Shown here: one piece after another, positions 57,126 through 64,000 of the stretch
Numbering within the stretch: the first letter of the stretch is position 1
Layout: every line of letters starts with the position of its first letter
From: Octopus vulgaris
Lineage: Eukaryota
Reading direction: 5' to 3'
NCBI GenBank assembly: GCA_951406725.2
Contig: OX597815.1
Location: 110,298,001 to 110,362,000, forward strand
Length of the DNA stretch: 64,000 bases
Translations under genes and position numbers: made by a program
Notes under the pieces: model-generated
The model's database searches: none
Told to the model about the DNA's origin: nothing
What the model saw: only the letters and a program-made list of their open reading frames with translations

Positions 57126-57965
57126 CACTACCATCTCAAACACTTACACAAATACCATCCCGTCAATAATCACTAACTTCACAACAACCCATACCATATT
57201 CATTGTCAATGTTTTTGGCGGGGAGGGTGCCAGTCGATTCGATCGACCCAGTATGCAACTGGTACTTAATTTATCGACCCCCCACCCCCCCCGAAAGGAT
57301 GAAAGGCAAAGTCAACGTCAGCGGAATTTGAACTCAGAACGTAAAGACATGAAATACCGCTAAGTATTTCGCCCGGCGTGCTAACGTTTCTGCCAGCAGA
57401 TGTCCAAAGGTCTCGGTCTCCTCTCATTGCCTCTGTGAGATCCAGTCCCAAACCCTTACACAAATACCATCCTCTCAGTAATCACTAACTTCACAACAAC
57501 CCATACCATCCACACTGTCATTATTTTTGGTGGGGAATGGACCAGTCGATTAGATCGACCCCAGTATGCAACTGGTACTTAATTTATCGACCCCGAAGGG
57601 TGAAAGACAACGTCGACTTCGGACGAATATGAACTCAGAACGTATTAGGAGACGAGAAACCGCTAAGCATTTCGCTCAGCATGCTAACGCTGCCTTATAA
57701 TGGTTTCATAATTTACCACAAGGGCAGCAATTTTGGGGGGGAGGGTAGGAGATGAGTCGATTACATCAACTGGTACTTATTTTATCAACCACAAAAAGAT
57801 AAATGGCAAAGTCGACCTCGGCAGAATTTGAACTCAGGATGTAGCGACAGGCGAAATACCGCCAACCATTTCTTTCAGGGCTAACGATTCTGACAGCTTG
57901 CCATCTAAATAATAATAATAATGATAATGATGATGATAATGATGATGATGATGATGATAATAATA

Positions 57966-58017
<52 letters not shown>

Positions 58018-58019
58018 GT

Positions 58020-58572
58020 CGCCTCGATGCAGTAACAGACAGTGGCTCTCATGGCTCATGATCTTAACAGATTGGAAGTATTATGTACATTGTTTTGTCT
58101 TGGTATAAAAGATGGGCTACAGCAAATATTCTGCTCAATACCACAGATTTGCTTGTCAGTTGTTTGATCTTAACCAGTTGACCATGTCCTTCAGTGGCTG
58201 ACGATATGTTCATCTCTGATCACAAGCAGAAGCAGTGGGGGAGCATCATAGCCATGTGTTGAAAGGAATTCTTGGAGGTTTGGATAGTTCACATTTGGAA
58301 ACATGGGTGGCTCGTTCAACATCCTTAAACAATCCTTATTCAGGGACCTTTTGAGCGGGATGGGCTACTCGACCAGAAGAAAAGTCTAACTGGGCCCCCA
58401 CCTGCAAGGTCATGCGCTGTTTATCTTGATATGAGATCACCATGTCGCGCACATATGGTTGTGATGCATCTGCCTGGTGTTCCCTTATCAGACGTATAGT
58501 CATGATGGGTATACTGGGCTTCGAATATTTTACCCCAGTGTTACGTTGGTGACATGCACTGCTCTCTCACTC

Positions 58573-58573
<1 letters not shown>
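58020..58573. mobile_element. ~550-bp dispersed repeat inside (AAT)n (copy 2)
   Basis: Colinear with 7075-7630. Confidence 0.8.
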
Positions 58574-58624
<51 letters not shown>

Positions 58625-60264
58625 CTTTTCTACAAAGGTAGAAAAGATTATTATTATTATTAGAATTATTATTAGTAGGAACTAGTCGAAAATTCATTGA
58701 CTCCCATGTTTCACTGGTACTTAATTTATCGGCCCCGGAAGGATGAAATGCAAAGTCGACCTCGGCCGAATTTGAACTCAGAACACGAAGAGAGACGGAA
58801 TACTGCTAAGCTTTCCACCCGGCCAGCTAACGAACCTGCCAGCTCGCCGCCTTCTAATGATAATAATAATCCTGTCTACTATAGCCTCAGGGCATGAAAT
58901 TTTGAGGGAGTGGGGCCAGTCGATTAGATCGACACTAATACCAAACTGGTACTTATTTTATCGACACCGAAAGGATGAAAGGCAAAGTCGACCACGGCCG
59001 AATTTGAACTCAGAATGTAGCGAAGCATTTCCTCCAGCGTGCTAACGATTCTGTCAGCTCGCCGCCTTTTTTATTATAATAATGATCCTTTCTACTAAAG
59101 GAACAAGGCCTGAAACTTTTGGGGAGGGAATTAGTTGATAACATCGATCCTAGCGATTCACTAGTACTTAAGTTATCGACTTCGAAGGGATGAAAGGCTA
59201 AATCGATCTCGGCCGAATTTGAACTCAGAATGTAGTGACAGGCGAAATACAGCTAAGCGTTTCGTCCAGCGTGCTGACGATTCTGCCAGCTCACCTCATT
59301 CTAATTATAGTAATATGAATTATTATCATTATTATAATTATAATTATAATTGTAGTATGTGTTCCCCAGCTGGACGGGACGCCAGTCCATCGCAGCGTTA
59401 CTCATTTTTGCCAGCTGAGTGGACTGGAGCAACGTGAAATGAAGTGTTTTGCTCAAGAACACAACGCGTCGCCCGGTCTAGGAATCGAAACCACTATCTT
59501 ACGATCATGATGTTGATACCCTAACCACTAAGCCACGCGCCTCCATAATTGTTGTAATGATAGTAATACATAAGAAAAATAATACTTCCTTAATAACAAC
59601 GGGAATGAAAATAGCAGAATAATAACAATAATAACATTTTTAGTGCACAATGAGCACAAAATCTAAATCAACAGCTGGCACACAAACAAGTACAGCAACA
59701 ACATAAACTGCAAAGTGAAAATAAAGAGACCAACACAATAGACCAACAGCAGCAGCAGCAGCAACAGCAACAACAGTAGCAACAACAGTAGTAGCAACAG
59801 CGGCCAGGGTAAGTGTGAAATCAAATTGCTATTTGCATACACACGATTATTATAAGGATACTTACTATCTGAGACAGGCGTTTCTATTAAGCCACAGGGT
59901 GGAAGGGAATATCCTCTCTCGTTCAAATTTTTATCGACACTTGTTTTTCAGATTTTCCTTAACATTTTGCCTTTTGCCATTTCATACTTAACCAATTCTG
60001 TCTTCATTATATATACATACATACATATATATTTAAGTATATACACACACACACATATATATACGTATATATATATATATGCGTTTCTTTGTGTTTACTT
60101 GTCCTGTTTTCCATTTTTTCTCTCGTTGTTGGCGTATTAAACTCGCTTGTTCGCGTATTTCATGTTGTTCGCACAGTTAGTGACGTCTTGTACCCATATA
60201 TGCACACACATACACACACACACACACATACGCACGCACACACATATATGTATGTGTATATGTA

Positions 60265-60329
<65 letters not shown>

Positions 60330-60409
60330 TTTTTATTATTATTATTATTAATGTTGTTGTTGTTGTTGTTGTTATCTAATTGAACGCCACGCATCTATTT
60401 CCAAATAAG

Positions 60410-60508
<99 letters not shown>

Positions 60509-60547
60509 GTGCATGCATGTACATATATTTATATTCATATACACACA

Positions 60548-60626
<79 letters not shown>

Positions 60627-60638
60627 GATAGACAGCCG

Positions 60639-61026
60639 GACAGACAGTGTGTCAATTCGATGTACACACATGGTTGCCTACATTTTGAAGTTTGTAACGT
60701 TTTAGCTACTGCCTCTGGAGTTAAGACGGACTGCAAACAGGGTTTCATAACCTAAAGAGTGTAATATGAGATGTTTCATCATATTGATATTACTCAAGCG
60801 AATGAAAAATCGCTAAGAGCAGTGATTACTCGTAAAATTTCTTATTTTATCACTGCTCTCAGCGATTTTTCACTCGCTTGAGAAATATCATTATGATGAA
60901 ACATCCCATGTTATATTCTTTAGGTTATGAAATCCTGTTTTGCTGTCAGTCTTAACTCCAGAGACAGTATCTAAAACGTTACACTCTTCAACCATGGGTA
61001 TACATCAAATTGACACACTGTCTGTC
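60639..61026. mobile_element. Fold-back MITE, ~190-bp imperfect arms
   Basis: GACAGACAGTGTGTCAAT...GAGCAGTGAT pairs with ATCACTGCTC...ATTGACACACTGTCTGTC. Confidence 0.8.
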
Positions 61027-61129
61027 TGTCTATGTATTAGTCTATCTATGTATACATTTATGTACGTATATAGATGGGGATTACATACATACATAAATTT
61101 ATACATACATAAATGCATACATACTTACA

Positions 61130-61525
61130 TGTAATTTTTGGGGCCCTGGGATATGTAACACACTGTCTAAATACCAGTCTTGAGAAATTAGGTTTCTTGA
61201 AACCAGAAAGGAGAAAGCGAATTCGAAGACAACAGATCCAGTTCATCACTGGAACTGTAAAAATCTGTAAAACATTCCAAAATTTTATCATTTATATGAG
61301 CATGCAACTATCATGCTCATATATGAGCATGTAACTATATGCATGAGAATACATATATAAAACATATAAATCTGCACATATACGTGCATACATACGTACA
61401 TACATACATACATACAAACAAAAATAACCTGCTGTCGATGTTGAGATTCCAATAAAGGAACATTGGATCTAGGTTAGAGACCGGGTCTTTCTCTATTAGT
61501 AAGAAATCTTGAACTGAATAATGAC
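61130..61525 (+). mobile_element. RLE non-LTR retrotransposon 3' remnant in (TACA)n
   Basis: IFGALGYVTHCLNTSLEKLGF...QIQFITGTVKICKTFQNF followed by a 3' UTR. Confidence 0.65.
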
Positions 61526-61534
61526 ATACATACC

Positions 61535-61610
<76 letters not shown>

Positions 61611-61621
61611 TATATATATGC

Positions 61622-61725
<104 letters not shown>

Positions 61726-61859
61726 GTGTATAGATATCTATATATATGTATTGGTTTACATGTACATAAAATATATGATATATATTTATGCATATATTTA
61801 TGAATACATACATATATATATATATGTAGATAGATAGATATAATATAAAATGTATATAA

Positions 61860-62228
61860 GGCGGCGAGCTGGCAGAAACGTTAGCACGCCGGGCGAAATG
61901 CTTAGCGGTATTTCGTCTGCGTTACGTTGAGTTCAAATTCCGCCGAGGTCGACTTTGCCTTTCATCCTTTCGGGGTCGATAAATTAAGTACCAGTTACAC
62001 ACTGGGGTCGATGTAATCGACTTAATACCTATGTATGTTCTTGTTTGTCCCCTCTGTGTTTAGCCCCTTGTGGGTAATAAAGAAATAGGTATTTCGTCTG
62101 TCTTTATGTTCTGAATTTAAATTCCGCCGAGGATCGATAAATTAAGTACCAATTGCGTGCTGGGGTCTATCTAATCAACAGGTCTCCTCCCCCAAAAAAT
62201 TTCGAGCCTTGTGCCTAGAGTAGAAAAA
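61860..62228 (+). mobile_element. SINE family B, full length
   Basis: Matches 32873-33267. Confidence 0.88.
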
Positions 62229-62848
62229 ATATATATATTATTATATTTGTGCGTGTGTGCTTAATACATGCTCATGTATAGAAGTGAGCATGTATGCATA
62301 AGTATATGTATCTTTTATTTATTTCCGTCATTTTTGAAGAAATCCACCCCAGGGCTTATTTTTTAAAGCCTAATTCTTATTCTGCTGCTCTCTTTTATCG
62401 AAACTTTTGGTAACTTTGGTTACCAACAAAGTAGGCCGAAACAATAAGTACTAAGCTTTAAAGCTAAGATCTGAGGTTGATTTTTCAAAAACTAAAACCC
62501 TTCTAGGCAGTATCCTAGTATGGCCGCAGGCAAATGACTGAAGCTAGTTAAAGGTCAAGGATAAAATGTAAAAAAAATATATGTACATGCATGCATGCAC
62601 ACACATGTATGTGTGTGTCTGCATGTTCATGTTGAGGCGTGTACGTGGTTGCCATGTGTGTGAACGTGTATGTAAACTTTTCTCTACTCTGTCTCTATGT
62701 ACTTATATATGCATTGTCCCATATGCGTTTTTATTTTTCATAAACATGGACCGACAAACCGGTTGGCGCCAAACTATACACATACACTGAAGTATATGAC
62801 GATAAATATATCATATATATATATAAATATATATATATATTAGTGTGG

Positions 62849-62880
<32 letters not shown>

Positions 62881-63126
62881 TAATATATATATATATATAT
62901 ATATATGGCCTGCTCGCTTAGCCAGCGGAGTGGCGTCATTCGAAGGCTAAAACAATGCGAACGCATTGTGACCAGCGATGTGTAACAACATCTGATGGTC
63001 TGGTCGGTCACGTGATCACGTGATATATATATGTATGTTAGTATATGGAGTGACAGAAGGTAAAAATAGTTATCCCTATACAGAAAGTAAATTACAGAAT
63101 ATGTATACGTATATATATATATATAT

Positions 63127-63248
<122 letters not shown>

Positions 63249-63273
63249 AATATGTGTGTGTGTGTGTGTGTAT

Positions 63274-63493
63274 CTGAGTGGGGCTGAAAAGTTCCCGACT
63301 TTAAGAGTATCGTGAAGGGCCTGCTTGGAGACCCAAACATCCGAGTTCTTTTACATGGCTTAGGAAAACTGAAGGACTGCTGTAATATGTGGGTGAATCT
63401 CAAAGAGAAATATGTTGAATAAAATCATAATCAACTGATCCTCCCGTATTTTCTTTTACGCAAAAGCCATGAACTTTTCAGCACACTTCCGTA
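63274..63493. mobile_element. mariner-derived MITE (inverted copy of the 32609 family)
   Basis: Shared core AACTGATCCTCC-GTATTTTCTTT and similar TIRs. Confidence 0.65.
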
Positions 63494-63681
63494 TATGTGT
63501 GTATGTGTATGTATTTATAAGTTTATATCTACATTTGTACATATATTTGTGCATGTATAAATATGTATGGATATGTGTGTGGGGGGTGTAGTTGGAATTT
63601 ACAAAAAAGAAACAAAAGACGAAGACTGGTATGTAAATAACAAACATATGAATTAGTTTAACGCTCGGGAAGTGAGAAAGT

Positions 63682-63717
63682 CTTTTACGTTTCGAGCGTA
63701 CGCTCTTCAACAGAAAG
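63682..63717 (-). ncRNA. Minimal hammerhead-like motif, CUGUUGA (A6U) core
   Basis: CTTT-CTGTTGA-A-GAGC-GTAC-GCTC-GAAA-CG-TA-AAAG within dispersed repeat at about 63590-63750. Confidence 0.6.
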
Positions 63718-63834
63718 GAACACAGAAATAAGCAGAGAGCGAAAGTATAAATGTGTATATGTACTCATATACATACATACATAATACATATATTTATTTA
63801 TTTATTATTTATTTATTTATTTATATGCATATAG

Positions 63835-64000
63835 TCATCTTTCATCTTTCCACACGGCCTCCTGCTAGGCTAAACACGGAGGTCTACATCAAGTGCCTAG
63901 AAGAGGTAGTGCTGTCCTGGGGCAAAAACAAGGCTGCTTGAAGTCCCTGCTGGAAGACTCTGCGTCATATCACACAAGCAGGAGAACCTAGTCATGGCTG
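63835..64000 (+). mobile_element. Second fragment of the maT-type transposon
   Basis: LNTEVYIKCLEEVVL-W matches 10860-10915. Runs off the window end. Confidence 0.75.

Larger units (their letters stand above)
56575..59297 (-). mobile_element. Cluster of at least 7 co-oriented SINE family B copies
   Basis: Copies at about 56575-56792, 57212-57397, 57523-57697, 57712-57905, 58680-58853, 58872-59067 and 59086-59297. Confidence 0.8.

Noticed and set aside
59790-59816. Strong splice donor CAGG|GTAAGT after CAG/CAA repeats
   Set aside because: No supportable acceptor, ORF or partner exon.
61445-61495. HHR-like arrangement in the RLE 3' UTR
   Set aside because: The core (CCAATAA, GAGA) is too far from consensus in this copy to call.

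Overview
AT-rich, microsatellite-saturated eukaryotic intergenic or intronic DNA. It is most likely cephalopod (Octopus-like), which I infer from the SINE families and repeat load. No intact host protein gene is evident, and almost all listed ORFs are translations of (TA)n/(TATG)n/(TATC)n/(CA)n/triplet repeats. Recognisable content: one tRNA-Ser(AGA) gene (29924-30005, minus); more than 30 tRNA-derived SINE copies; and decayed RTE, CR1-like, RLE (R4/Hero-like) and Penelope retroelements. There are also Tc1/mariner/maT/Tigger remnants, a non-autonomous Helitron and several fold-back MITEs. The most interesting signal is a dense, unannotated set of about 17 hammerhead-ribozyme (HHR) motifs on both strands, carried by short Penelope-LTR-like modules mostly embedded in microsatellites. 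Four have canonical cores with paired stem I and palindromic or near-palindromic stem III. Several family-wide core variants occur, including an apparent compensatory G3-C8 swap. Related modules show fold-back (template-switch) ends. Ribozyme activity is inferred from motif and structure only.
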